A stretch of DNA of 62,586 bases, filler included, from Rhabdomonas costata (GCA_019059605.1; 37 parts of 37 records of this genome joined end to end with filler, not necessarily neighbours in it); one strand, 5' to 3'; numbered from the whole stretch's first letter, positions 49,269 to 61,198 are shown. The notes: generated by a model from the sequence alone, not told the origin. Made by a program: numbers and translations.

Positions 49269-50596
49269 CTCGCGGCGCTTCTGGGTCTCCTCCTCCTTGG
49301 CCTTCTTCACCGCGGCCTCCTCGCTGAGCTTCTTGGCCTTGTCGCTGCGCTTCGGGACGTACGTGCTGTGCTCCAGCCGCGCGCTGGCTTGCTGCTTCGA
49401 GTGCTTGCCGCCCTTGCCTGCCTTCGCGGGCATGGAGGCGGCCTTGGACTTTTCCCCATGGAACTCCTCCTCGTGGGAATGCAGGGCCTGACGGCGCCCA
49501 ACCACAGGAGTGAGGGACTCATAACACCACTGCGCCCACCACGATTCAAACCTCTACGCAAACTGCTGGTGCCAACAGGATTCCGAAGGGTCAAGAGAGT
49601 AACTTTGGCGAATGTATCGATTCATATGCTTTCGGAATCTATCAAGAAAAATGCCACCTGAGCATTTCAGCTTTAAAAAGGCCTTTGTCCAGCATTCGAG
49701 TGCTTCACTGCATTGATGCGACTCAATTTCTGTTTAGGAAGACGATGCGGAAAATAGCTACTCGCGACTTGGTGGCGGATGGCGGATGGATGCAAATTAG
49801 TCTTTTTCGGTCCGGCTAAAGACTCGTTGCACAAAGAAAAGATGCCCGCTATTCCGGCCCTCGCACAGCTCAGAGTCAAGGTATGCACGCTGGGGAATGA
49901 GAGAGTACAGCGGCGCAAACCTATGGGATGGGGGAGACAAAGCTGGAGCCTTACAATGCTAATCCTACGTACCTTGAGGCGTTTGGCCTCGTAGGCAGCA
50001 TGGACGGCCAAGAAGTTGTCCAGATCTCCCATCCACATCTCCTCCGGGGAGGTTCTCAGCAGGATCTCCAGCTCTTTCTCCTTTGCCGCCTTCTGCTGCT
50101 GGAGCTTCTCCACCCTCTCCAGCGCCAGGGACCACATCTTTTGATTGGTCCACGGGGCAATGGGCACTGGATTCTCTTCAAGACGCTTGCATTGCTACAC
50201 ATGACGACGCTTTGTAAGGACTTCTGCCCGTGAGATCTGAGTTTCAAACCCCCAAGCTGCTCAAGTGCCTCGAATGCTGACAGAACGAGGTACTGCTTTT
50301 CTTTTCAGCTAGTAATCCTGCTAGTCACGCTGTTTGCTACCACGCATGAGCTCTGCGACAAAAAAGTGGCGGACGGATGCCTTCATTCCCAGTAAATAGT
50401 CGTAGTCCCGGGAGGACGGGTCGAGCTCCTCCTCGCCAGCACCAACTGCCGCTTCCTCGTCGCCCTGGTACGCCACGGCACCTTTAGCCACCGTGCGGCT
50501 GCCCCTCGGAGGGAAGGCCTTGTACCCCCGCTGCCTCAGGTCAGCAATGATCAGGCTGGACTTGCGCTTCATGATGTGCAGCTGGTTGTTCACCAC
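49269..50596 (-). CDS. TOP2: DNA topoisomerase II, C-terminal region
   Basis: Exons 50596-50381 (...DYDYLLGMK), 50137-49973 (MWSLALERVEKL...SPEEMWMGDLDNF) and 49487-49269. Matches the Top2 motifs YLLGMxxWSLT.E.V and W..DL..F. The first intron is GC-AG. Confidence 0.93.
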
Positions 50597-53500
50597 CTGA
50601 AAAACGAACAAATATCTTTTCCGCAATCTGCTGGAGCAATTCAATCCAGGAGGCAACATCTACAGATAAGCACCCAATGCTCTTTTCACCACCAAAGTGC
50701 CCCCAACCGAAACAAAACCACCAACCACACCCAACACNNNNNNNNNNNNNNNNNNNNNNNNNNNNNNNNNNNNNNNNNNNNTTAATTAATTAANNNNNNN
50801 NNNNNNNNNNNNNNNNNNNNNNNNNNNNNNNNNNNNNGTGTTGGGTGTGTGTGGGGGGTTGGTTTCAAATGAGGCAGCAGAGCAGTCCACCTGCGGAAGA
50901 TGCAGGTCATCTTCTGGCCCGCGGTGCTGTGTGGTGCTGACGCATCCAAAGATGAATGATAGGGCCTGAGCAGAAGGAAGGAAGAAGGAAAGAACGACGT
51001 GTCAGGTTCACAGCTAGTGTAGAAATATTGCAGGTATATCACTTCGGCCCCTTTTTCTATGTTCAGTTTTCAGACCAGATTACTTCTTTGTGAGGAGTTA
51101 GGTTTGTCCCTCCAGTACTTTCAGCCAACTACATTTTGAAAAGCTTGGGGTGCTGGACTGCAGCAACGATTTGATCACTTGTTCTTGGGGAGTACAACTT
51201 GGCATAGTTTTAAGATTGATCCTCTTTTAAGCTAATCCCTTTCTCAGTTTATTTGTGTGCTTCGGTTTTCATCATTGCTTTTTCTTTGGCCCTCGTTTTG
51301 TGCCTGTGCGATTCCCACCCCTTGTCTCCATTTTTACTCACCACCTGAGAGAATGCCTTCAGCTGTGGAAAACACTGTACTGCCCCAGTTGAGCCTCAAG
51401 CGAGGAATCCTCCTGATGGACTTGTCCTTCGAGAGCGATCAGGTGTGCTCACGTTATACCGCCTCTCCGCATTATTTGGATTCACGCTTCAAAGCTTGTT
51501 TGTTGTTGACTGCTCATAGCCTGTTTCTGAAGTGAATTCCTCCCCAACCGCACTGCGGGACCGTTCATTTTTTACCTGCTGCCTTCACTCCAGTGATGTT
51601 TACCTCGCTTGCTGAAAGTCACTTTCGCAAAAATGCCGCACCTGCGTGCGTTTGCCACATTACCCCAGGTGAGATTGAGTTCTTGAGGGCTTGATTTCTT
51701 CCCAGTCCCCATTTTGTCCCAATTTGTGAGATCGGGATCCGGAGTATTTTTTTTGGGGGGGGGGGGGGTGAATGATAAAAGGTGAACGTCTGTAAATGGT
51801 GAGACGGGGGCCACTTGCCCATCAAATCCCAACACCCAAGAAATGTTTTCCAACCGGCCCAAGTAGTCCGCAGCAAGACCGATGTCTGGATGCCTATGCT
51901 GCCGCTCCTGCTTCGATTTTTGGCTTCAGAGCTCTTCGCGGCCATCCCTGCGGAAGCTTGAAGTGCCTATCTCTCACCGCTCGGCGGTGTATGAAGAGCA
52001 CACTTCTAAGGTGGGCCCAGTCTTCCTTCTTTTTTCAACTCCTGAACCACGCCCATCACGCAACTCTTCGGCTCGGAATCAGGCTTACGGGTCCCCTGCG
52101 GGTTTTGGTGCAATCTCTCCGTATCTCTCTGTGGCGCAGTTACCACTAGATTTTGCCCCATATCAGTTGTGTTTTATTTTCTCCCGGCACCTCGGCTTTC
52201 TTCTTCGGCTACATTTTGACACCCCTGCTTGTTTTTCGGCTTCGGCTGCATCTGGTTTGAGATTTGCTACATGCCTTGGCCTCTGCTATGCGGCACCGAA
52301 ACACTTGGTCATTCTTCCCCTGTCTGTGTGATTTGGGTTCTGGGCGTGTGGGTGTGCCGTCACAGAAGTCGCTCCTGTATATGAGCTGTGCGGACAGCGC
52401 CGACCAAAACCCCCAAACACACCTAATACANNNNNNNNNNNNNNNNNNNNNNNNNNNNNNNNNNNNNNNNNNNNTTAATTAATTAANNNNNNNNNNNNNN
52501 NNNNNNNNNNNNNNNNNNNNNNNNNNNNNNTGTTGGGTGTGTGTGGGGTTTGGGTAACTGGGACAGTGTAAAATTGTTTAAGCCGCCTTCTTTCTTTTTT
52601 ATTACGAGCTGATGCTGTCTGCATGTTCTCAGGGTTCCTTGGCAAAGATATTTTGTGTTTTGGGAGACAGAGTGGGCTGAAAGAAGAAAGGTAGGAAGTG
52701 AGAAACCAAACGATGGATGAACAATAAAGGTGTCACCAACTTACGTTATGAGCCGCAGAGCACCGGTTCACCACACAACAAGGAATCTTCCCCTGCCCCT
52801 GCACCAACACTGGTTGCAATTCTTTAGTGGCATCACCCCTTTGTAATGTATTTTCCTTCGGGAGCAGCGTTTCTGAAGGAAGAAAAAGGACGCAACCACG
52901 GAAACACCAAAATGCAGATATTTCCTCGTCGTAGTTTTCCTTTCAGCTTACACGTCCAGGGAAGTTTTTATTCTTGAACCGGATACGCTGAAAGAAGTTT
53001 TCGCCGTTTTGCATCACGGCCATTGTTAGAGAAGCATTTTGCAAGTGTACTTGCGAATTCTTGAGAAAACGCACTCCAAATGTGACCGAGGGTTTTGGTC
53101 AATTGCTTGATGCCCTGCAGCTGCAAAACACGGGTGCCCGCGCCGCGGACTTCCACCCAAACAAGAAGAGATACCAACCCATCCCTGTACCCTTTACTGG
53201 TGTGACCCGCCTGAAACCGGTAGACCAAAGATATCACAGCTGATAAAACTTGCTTCCAACGAGCAAAATTCCAACCTAGACCAACGAACTGTCCCCACTC
53301 TCATCTGCCCCCTGCACTCAACCAAACGTCACCACCACCAATTCGTACAGGGTATAAAATCGATCTCGGCGGTTGCGCAAACACAGACCCAGTACCGAGA
53401 GTTTCGAGGTTTCAGTCAACGTACAGCGAAACGCGTACAAAAATTGCTTAACTGCAGACCGAACTTTGCGGGTTCTTGAGAGATCTTCCCCCCGCACCCC

Positions 53501-53831
53501 TCTTATGACGAGGGTCCAGCGCCACGTTTCACGGCGGTGCCCAGGATGTGAGGCCGAGCAAGGCCCATGAACAGCCATAGCTTCCCGGGGGCCAGAAACC
53601 GGCGGTATGTCACGTCAAAGCCCATGCCACGGAGGCCCTCGTAGGTCTCCCACAGGGGAAGGAACCGACACCCCCCGCCACAGGCGCTCCAAAAGGGACC
53701 GATCAGAACTTGCAGCGTGCAGTGGGGTAGGGGGTGGAAATGGAGGCACCGCTTTCATGCAAAGATAGTAGATATATCTGACCACTTTCGAAAGTACCAA
53801 TTTTTTTGAAACCCCACAATGGAAGATCACG

Positions 53832-54087
53832 CGGCATGCCTACCGCAGTGAACCTTTTTTTCGGGGATAGCTGCATCGCTCCCTAACCCCATGCGAGACT
53901 AATTATCATGTTCCAGGGGACACGTACATCGCTTCCTAACCCCCTGCGAGAGGAAATAAAGGAATAGCCCCTTAGCCACTCCCGAAGCTTGAAATCATCA
54001 CTGCAGAGCTCCAAGACATCATAAATAGTGATCATCCTCAAGAAGGAGACATAAAGGGAAAAAAGGTTCACTGCGGTAGGAGTGCCG
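53832..54087. mobile_element. Candidate MITE-like element with 29-bp terminal inverted repeats
   Basis: CGGCATGCCTACCGCAGTGAACCTTTTTT (53832-53860) versus 54059-54087, 27/29 complementary. No clear target-site duplication. Confidence 0.4.
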
Positions 54088-55075
54088 ACCACGCAAACCA
54101 CCATAACCCGGCACGATCATNNNNNNNNNNNNNNNNNNNNNNNNNNNNNNNNNNNNNNNNNNNNTTAATTAATTAANNNNNNNNNNNNNNNNNNNNNNNN
54201 NNNNNNNNNNNNNNNNNNNNTAAACGGCAGAGCTAGACTATGGTACGTATGGTAGTAATCCTTAGTTCTCCCCTGGGCTAAGATGTGCAGCCTGAAAGCT
54301 TTAATTCGATCTGAACAGCCCAAAGGGCATGAGGTAGGAGTACGTAATAGAAAACCAACGGTCGGGCGGAGGGGCAGACCCACTGAGCATATGCCAGGTG
54401 CCTCGGTCGAGATCGAGAATACAAATGCTTGAGAGAGAGAGAGAGACAACGCACACTGGACCGTCAAGGGTGTAAGGTCCGATGGGACCTAACCCCGTTC
54501 AAGGTTGGGAGCCCAGGGGAAAGTGGACCTCGAGTTCTCCGAAAAGAAATTCAGCACTTCCCAAGTGCGCAAATTGTGTGCAAGTGTGTGCGTGTGTGTA
54601 AGTGGGTGGTTGGCTGGGTGTTTGCGTGTTGCATCTATCCGATTTCAATCCCATTTAGGCGCAATGGATGTCCCAGACCGATTAAGGGCCATCGGAGAAC
54701 ACGAGAGCCCCCCAGGGGGATCGCATGAATCATTAGAGGATGCTTGGTTGCAGCAATGTGGAGCCACAACGTGATCAGTGGGAGGGGGGTGTCTAGAATG
54801 AAACCACTCATAGTTGGGGCACCAAGACGGGAGGTGTGCTTTCTGTGTCTCCCATAACGAGTGCTCTAGTTTTTTTTTCGGCTTCTCGACTTTATATATG
54901 TTTTGCAGCTGTGTTGGTGCTTTTGTTGTTTTGTTGCTGTTGTTCCCCCCGTTGCTGCTGCTTCCTCGTTTTTCCTTTTGTGGTTCTCTTTTGTAATAGA
55001 GGAGACCCCCTCGCCAACAACCTCTCCTTTTCTCCCTCATTTCCACCGTTCTCCGGAAGCTCGACACCCAAGAAG

Positions 55076-55595
55076 ATGCAGTTCCCTGCTGCTGCTCAGG
55101 CTGCCTTCGCTCAGGGCCAGGCCCGCGGACTTCCCGGCGCTGCCGGTGCTGCCCAGCCGCAGGGCAAGCCCTTCCCCACCCCCTTCCCCTCGTAATCGTT
55201 GCGGAAGTCATTCTCCACCGATTGTCGTGTTTTTTTTGGGGGGGGGGGGCGTTCTCTCTCTCCTTTCTTACTGTGAATGGCAGTGCCGAATCTTTTTTCG
55301 GCATTCTGCCATACACATAATTGGTACACGTGAGACTGGAAACGATTTCCAAATTTCCCTTGAACACTTACCACTAATCCCCATAAAATCAGTGTTGAAG
55401 TCTCATAATCAAGGTGTTTTTTCAAAATTGATTTTGGAGGGAAGGGGTTTCGAGGTAAAGCGTTCACGCTTTATGAAAATCGTTGTGGTGTTTGAGGTGT
55501 GCTGGCAACGAAGGCACGATGTGGCGCTTGTGTTTGCAGCTCTTGGCCAGTTGGACCCGACAGCCGCTCAGGTGTACGCCCAGCAATACTACCAG
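55076..55595 (+). CDS. 5' exons of an Ala/Gln/Tyr-rich low-complexity protein
   Basis: MQFPAAAQAAFAQGQARGLPGAAGAAQPQ (55076-55163) and ALGQLDPTAAQVYAQQYYQ (55540-55595). The phases fit with a GC donor at 55164. Confidence 0.6.
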
Positions 55596-57010
55596 GTGCT
55601 TGCTTTCCCTTCGAAGCTCTCTTCCTCCTTCCCTCGACCCACTTCTGTGAAGTTTCGGGATACTGTTTACACTTGCGGTAGCGATGCTTGTCGATCAGCC
55701 CTTCAACACCGCCACCTTGTTATTTAGCGCGGGAGAAAAGGGGTTGCGCAGATCACTTCTTTGTCAAAGCCCGCTTGAATACATCCAGCAGGGTACGACG
55801 AACATCATTACCAGNNNNNNNNNNNNNNNNNNNNNNNNNNNNNNNNNNNNNNNNNNNNTTAATTAATTAANNNNNNNNNNNNNNNNNNNNNNNNNNNNNN
55901 NNNNNNNNNNNNNNGTGGTTGTGGTACGCCAGCAGGTTCTATGCGCTAAACGATGTGAACATGTAGCTAATGCACTCACATGTGGCTAGATTGTCACAAC
56001 TACATAGAGCGTTACTCAATAACGACTGATTTGGATGTTCTGAAAGAGCGTATTTACATTTTCAAGATATTAGTTTGACCTTGACATCGTCGATAACTTC
56101 CATTGGCCAATTGTGTCAAAACGTATACGCGTGGATGCATCGATCTGAAAATGTGTATTACTGCTCTAATTGATCTCAGTTTGCGTGAGTCTCCAGTTTA
56201 TTGACACAAAATACAGTGTTTTGCGATTTAATTCAATGGATATGTTTAGCTTCTCTTCATAATTGGACACACGGACACGGATTTAATTTAGCCAGAGCAA
56301 ACGTCATACGCTAGCTTTTTGACACTTTTAGTTGTTGTTGATGCGCCCCAGCGCACGCTCCACATAGTGAACCATTTCCACTTGAGACTAAAGTATGAAG
56401 CACCAGTGGATCAAGTGGATTAATCTCTTATAAAAACCAGTATATTGGTAAACAATTTAATGCAAGGGACACTGTTCAGTCTTTACATATTCCATCCGCA
56501 ATTGAGCAAATTGTTATGGCTGAATGTGCGTCAGAGAACCTCAGGGACTACACTGTATCATCTGCTAATCGAGTCCACCATTTACTAGATGTTTCTCTCT
56601 CATTTGGAAGCAGAATTTGGTCTTTAAATGGGCTTGCTTGTGTCTACAAAAACGCAGTAATAGAATAGGTAATTACGTTACGACACGTTTGAATAACTAA
56701 CCTTCTAGTGGTGAAATGTGTGGCTTACATGATTGGTTCATATTATAGCTAATCCCCCCACATTATGATGCCCAAACAGTGGATTTATGGGTAAATGTTT
56801 TCACAAAGATTACGCTGACCACCAAATCTTAGAAAATAACACAAGTGGGTGACAATTTCTTTTTGATTCCGGTGAGCATGTTGCTGCGATGCTTTTCTGG
56901 CTACTTATATTTAGTATTTTTGATGTATTATCTTTGGCTTTTAACAAAAAAGTAACAATTTAGCATTGTTTTCCCAAATAGATGGTTTTTAATCAATTAA
57001 AGTCTATAGT

Positions 57011-57050
57011 TTTAGTTTAGTTTAGTTTAGTTTAGTTTAGTTTAGTTTAG
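57011..57050. repeat. (TTTAG)8 microsatellite
   Basis: Eight perfect pentamers followed by degenerate units. Confidence 0.95.
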
Positions 57051-57607
57051 GTTTGTTTAGGTTAGTTTAAAGATCCAGAAAAACAAGCACCAAAAGGGCA
57101 TTTATAAGCGCTTTTAAGCACAGCAATGGATACGCTGGAAGTGTCCGGCAGACAAAAAGACGTGCGCCTTTAACGGAGCAACGGCCATTGAGATGCCTCA
57201 GATACGGGATCCAGACACCAAACAGTTTTCTGTGCCGTGGTATGACATAAATGAGCTCCAGCATATAGCCGCTTAAACAATTTTCAAACACCAATCCGAA
57301 AATATTGTGAAGATGCCCGCTTTTTTGTATGGGAATACGTTGTTGAAGTCATGGATAATTTAAACTAGGCTAGTGAGATGGCTCGGTTTCCAGAACCGCG
57401 TACTTGGCTCAGGGCCCGGTTTACTGATACTAACTTACTTACTTTACAAAATACTTTCCTGATTAGGTGGAAATTAAGTCGAAACTCCATCTCTTTCCCA
57501 ACCAACANNNNNNNNNNNNNNNNNNNNNNNNNNNNNNNNNNNNNNNNNNNNTTAATTAATTAANNNNNNNNNNNNNNNNNNNNNNNNNNNNNNNNNNNNN
57601 NNNNNNN

Positions 57608-57850
57608 GTGATTGGGGTGGATCTTCGTCCACGTCAGGGCGTCCAGCTGGAGCAAGCCCCCGGCCTGGAACAAGTGCAGCACCGCCACGCAGAACACGAG
57701 CTGGACCAGCGTGATGGTGGAGGGCAGGGGAAAGAAGTGCAACGCCAGCTTGTTGATCAGGAGCATGCCCCCCGAGCAAGCGGAATAGCTCGCCACGGAG
57801 AGCATCACCGTGGTGCGGGAATACTCCGGCTCTCCTATACCTTTCATCAT
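57608..57850 (-). CDS. Nucleotide-sugar transporter, SLC35/GONST-VRG4-like (GDP-mannose/fucose type), N-terminus
   Basis: VASYSACSGGMLLINKLALHFFPLPSTITLVQLVFC...GLLQLDALTW matches the Y..CS..M..INK...FP.P.....Q pattern. Truncated at the contig edge. Confidence 0.85.
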
Positions 57851-58740
57851 TCACGCACTCAAAATCACTCAGCTCGCTAAAAAAGGCAGTCGCATACGAA
57901 TGAAGGTGGAAAGTGCAAAGAAAAAAAAATGTGAGGACCTGCAGAGAGCCGACGAGATGATGACACAGTTAACAAACAATGCAAAGATACCCAAACTGGG
58001 CTCGGTGTTTTTCCGGGGTGTCACAACAAAAGTCCAGACAGCAAACCCCAATGCTGGGTGCGTTGTTGACGTTAACCAAGATCCCCACATATAATGGTTC
58101 ATAGTCCTCCACTGACAACTGAAAAACAAGTTGCTCTCCATCAATTGTGGAATATCTGAGCAACAAAACACATAATAAGGGGCCGACATAGGAATGAGGA
58201 GTGTAACCGTTAGCGGTGGAACGACGCGTGGCCAAGTGGGTTCAACAATTTTGTCACTCCATGCCCACTCCGTGACAATGGGCGTTCCTCCTAACCTCAC
58301 CCACTAGAGGGCATCCATGATTCAGTACACACCTCCTGGTCACACTGTGTCATCCGATGTCTCGGGGGCTTTATAGGCAAGTAAATGTCATGCCTGTATG
58401 TTCCCGTTTCCACGGTATTGGAGATGCGTCCCCATGAAAGCTGACAAAATCACTTTCACGGTACCACCACTTCATTCCACTTGCCGTGCATGGGCTCCAG
58501 CTTCAGATGCTGTTCTCTCAAGCCAGTCCACAGTCCGAAAGCAAAGCGAGTACAATCGTTCATCACGCACGCTACGCGCTGCGGGTTCAAACAACAGCGC
58601 GGGATGGGGGGCCATTTCCACAACGGTGGCCATGCGCTGCGCGAGCACAAGGTAGCGGACCAACGTACACGATCTTGGGCATATCAACGTGTCGGAAGTC
58701 GGGGAAAGGAAAGGAGAATCTTGTCATTAAACCGAGCTCC

Positions 58741-59199
58741 CTACTCTCCACAAGGTTTTCGGAAATAGTTGTGGTGGAGGTGAGCGTAGCTGAAGTTGCA
58801 GAACTTCACCACCTCCCGCTTCCAGTCCAGCCCGGTCATCACTTGGTAGTACCGCAGCGGAGAGTCCCCCCACCGGTGGGTGTGGATCCGCTTGCTCTTC
58901 ATCACGCGATGCTCAAACTCCGTCAGAAGGGGGTCGCGCCGGAATCGCCGCATGTCCAGCAGCTCGAAGTTGGTGTACATCATGGGCGCCTGGTAGTCCT
59001 TCCGATCCTCGGGGGGAGGCAACTCCAGCTTGTTGAGCTCCGCTTTGCTGCGGCCTTTCATGTCGCTCACGAACTTCTCCACGAACTCCATCAGCCCCAC
59101 CGTGACAAACGCCTCGTCCGGATAAACCGTGTAGTACCCGTACGCATACCCCTTGCGCATCATCAGACGGAAGAGGTATGCGTACGGGTACCACACCCC
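58741..59199 (-). CDS. Glycosyltransferase family 15 (KRE2/MNT1-like alpha-mannosyltransferase), C-terminal part
   Basis: YLFRLMMRKGYAYGY, MYTNFELLDMRRFR, IHTHRWGDSPLR and FSYAH match the GT15 motifs F..M....Y.YG, NFEI, RWGDAP and Y.H. Confidence 0.88.
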   Translation of the reverse strand, partial: GVWYPYAYLFRLMMRKGYAYGYYTVYPDEAFVTVGLMEFVEKFVSDMKGRSKAELNKLELPPPEDRKDYQAPMMYTNFELLDMRRFRRDPLLTEFEHRVMKSKRIHTHRWGDSPLRYYQVMTGLDWKREVVKFCNFSYAHLHHNYFRKPCGE

Positions 59200-59304
59200 N
59201 NNNNNNNNNNNNNNNNNNNNNNNNNNNNNNNNNNNNNNNNNNNTTAATTAATTAANNNNNNNNNNNNNNNNNNNNNNNNNNNNNNNNNNNNNNNNNNNNT
59301 GTTT

Positions 59305-59362
59305 TGCGGGTGCGGGTGAGGGTGCGGGTGCGGGTGCGGGTGCGGGTGCGGGTGCGGGTGCG
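59305..59362. repeat. (TGCGGG)n microsatellite
   Basis: About 9 hexamer units with one variant, at the contig start. Confidence 0.9.
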
Positions 59363-60992
59363 AGAGGTGCGAGAGTGTGGGTGCGGGTGCGAGAGTCTGG
59401 GGTGTGCCTGTGGCTCCTCCCTGCTTTTTACTGCTGTTTTTCTGTTTGAAAGTTCTAGCGGAGAAAGCGCCATTTCGATCTTTCTAAATGGTATGCGCGA
59501 GAGTACGCTGAAAGGAACCTCCATCACACCGCTTTCGCTCACTTTCGACACAGTACGTACTTTCCGCACCGCTCAACAATTTTGCTGCTGTGCACAAATT
59601 TTCATGTCTACCCCTTCGAACCAGACACTATAAAACGAACCCCTCCGTTGGAGGCATCAACCCATCAATGAGCGAAAGAACCGCACAGAAAGGAGCACTT
59701 CAGCCCAAAGTGAAGAGTGTCCCATGCTGCTGGTGCTCAAAGAAAAAGAAAGGAAAGACGCGAAAGAAAGAGACATACCGAAGAATACGCAAACCACCAC
59801 CCCATTCCACTCCACCCTCAAACATAAACAGACTCAGGCCGCAGCCCAAACCCTCCCCGCCGCGAGGAGGAAAAGTGGGCGAGGGTTTTTCAGTTCAGCC
59901 ACGTCATTCTCGCTAGCAAGCAGTGTAGCGAAGAAACGTCAATGGAGACGTCCACGATGGCGGCCCCATCGGCGGGGGCCCACCAGGTGGTGACGCCAGA
60001 GGTCCAGTGCACTCCCTTTTGGAATAAATTTCTCCAAGCATTGCGGCAACAACGAGTGGCTTGGCAGAGCGCTTTTCGCATTAACAGCTCCACAAGGTTC
60101 CGCGAAGCAGGGAGCAACCGAACAGCTTCAGACTTCAACATTCTCTCTTTCTCTCTCAGCGGTACCGCAGTTTCTCAGGCCGCCTTCACTGCAAGCAAGG
60201 GCAAGCGTCCGCTGGCAGTGAAGGCACCCTGCTGAAGCAGCAGGTGGGGAAGAGCGGGCATGGGGAAGAGCGGGGGACTCCCCGCGGTTAGACCAATGCC
60301 TTGAGCTGTTACGAGCGAGGATGGTGGGATGCGCTCAGCCCCAAACTCAGCCCATCCCCGCCACAGGCTGGCCACTCCAACTAACAGAGCAAAACATATG
60401 GTGAGCGCACAGTGAGAGAGGCCACAGGCTACACAGGAGAAGAGGAAGACGAAGAGAAGAAAGATGCAGAAACAAACACCCAGACAAAAGGAGTGAAGAC
60501 GGGGGGTTTTCCTGAGGTATAGTACACAGCAGGGGGCGGGGGACCCGGCACGCCTTCACCGCAGCACATGGCGTGCGCGCACTCTCTTCTCCACTCTTTC
60601 TCCCACCACAGTACGTACCCCTCACCCCTTCCCTACCCTTCCACAGACTCGCAAAAAGGGGATTGTCGCTCGAGAGTCCTCTCCTTCTCTCACCCTCGGA
60701 CCCCCTTCCACGCAGACCCAGCACGCGAGAGGGAGCCGTAGTGTACAACGCAAACAGAGCATGAAAAAACAGCAGCCTCTCTTTTTTTTCCTTCGATGCA
60801 CATGACACATGGGGAGGGGCACACAAAGATGGAGAGAGAGCGATAGAGAGAGAAAAGAGCAACTCCGGCTCCCATCTTCACCTGCAGGCTTTNNNNNNNN
60901 NNNNNNNNNNNNNNNNNNNNNNNNNNNNNNNNNNNNTTAATTAATTAANNNNNNNNNNNNNNNNNNNNNNNNNNNNNNNNNNNNNNNNNNNN

Positions 60993-61198
60993 CCCGATGT
61001 GATGACTCCGCCCCCGCCACCGCTCCCGTCCGCCGGCTCGGGGTAGCCGCTGGGGGTCACTCGCATCAGTTGGCCCGTGTGCGGGTGGTTGAACAGCGCC
61101 CCCACCGTGGGCCGCTCCCCGGGGCCCGCACGTACGGCCTTGCCGTCGGGCCCAATCCGCACAAGCTCGTGGGTTACAGGGCAGAAGTACGTGGCCAT
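60993..61198 (-). CDS. Unknown 137-aa Gly/Ser/Tyr-rich protein, 5' half (one repeat copy)
   Basis: ATG at 61198: MATYFCPVTHELVRIGPDG...FNHPHTGQLMRVTPSG...GGGGGVITS. It continues in the copy at the other end of the contig. Confidence 0.8.

Noticed and set aside
53318-54104. Merlin/IS1595-like transposase remnants
   Set aside because: Only a vague resemblance, with no DDE catalytic motifs found.
57011-57070. Telomeric repeat
   Set aside because: The unit is TTTAG rather than TTAGGG, and the tract is short and internal to the contig.
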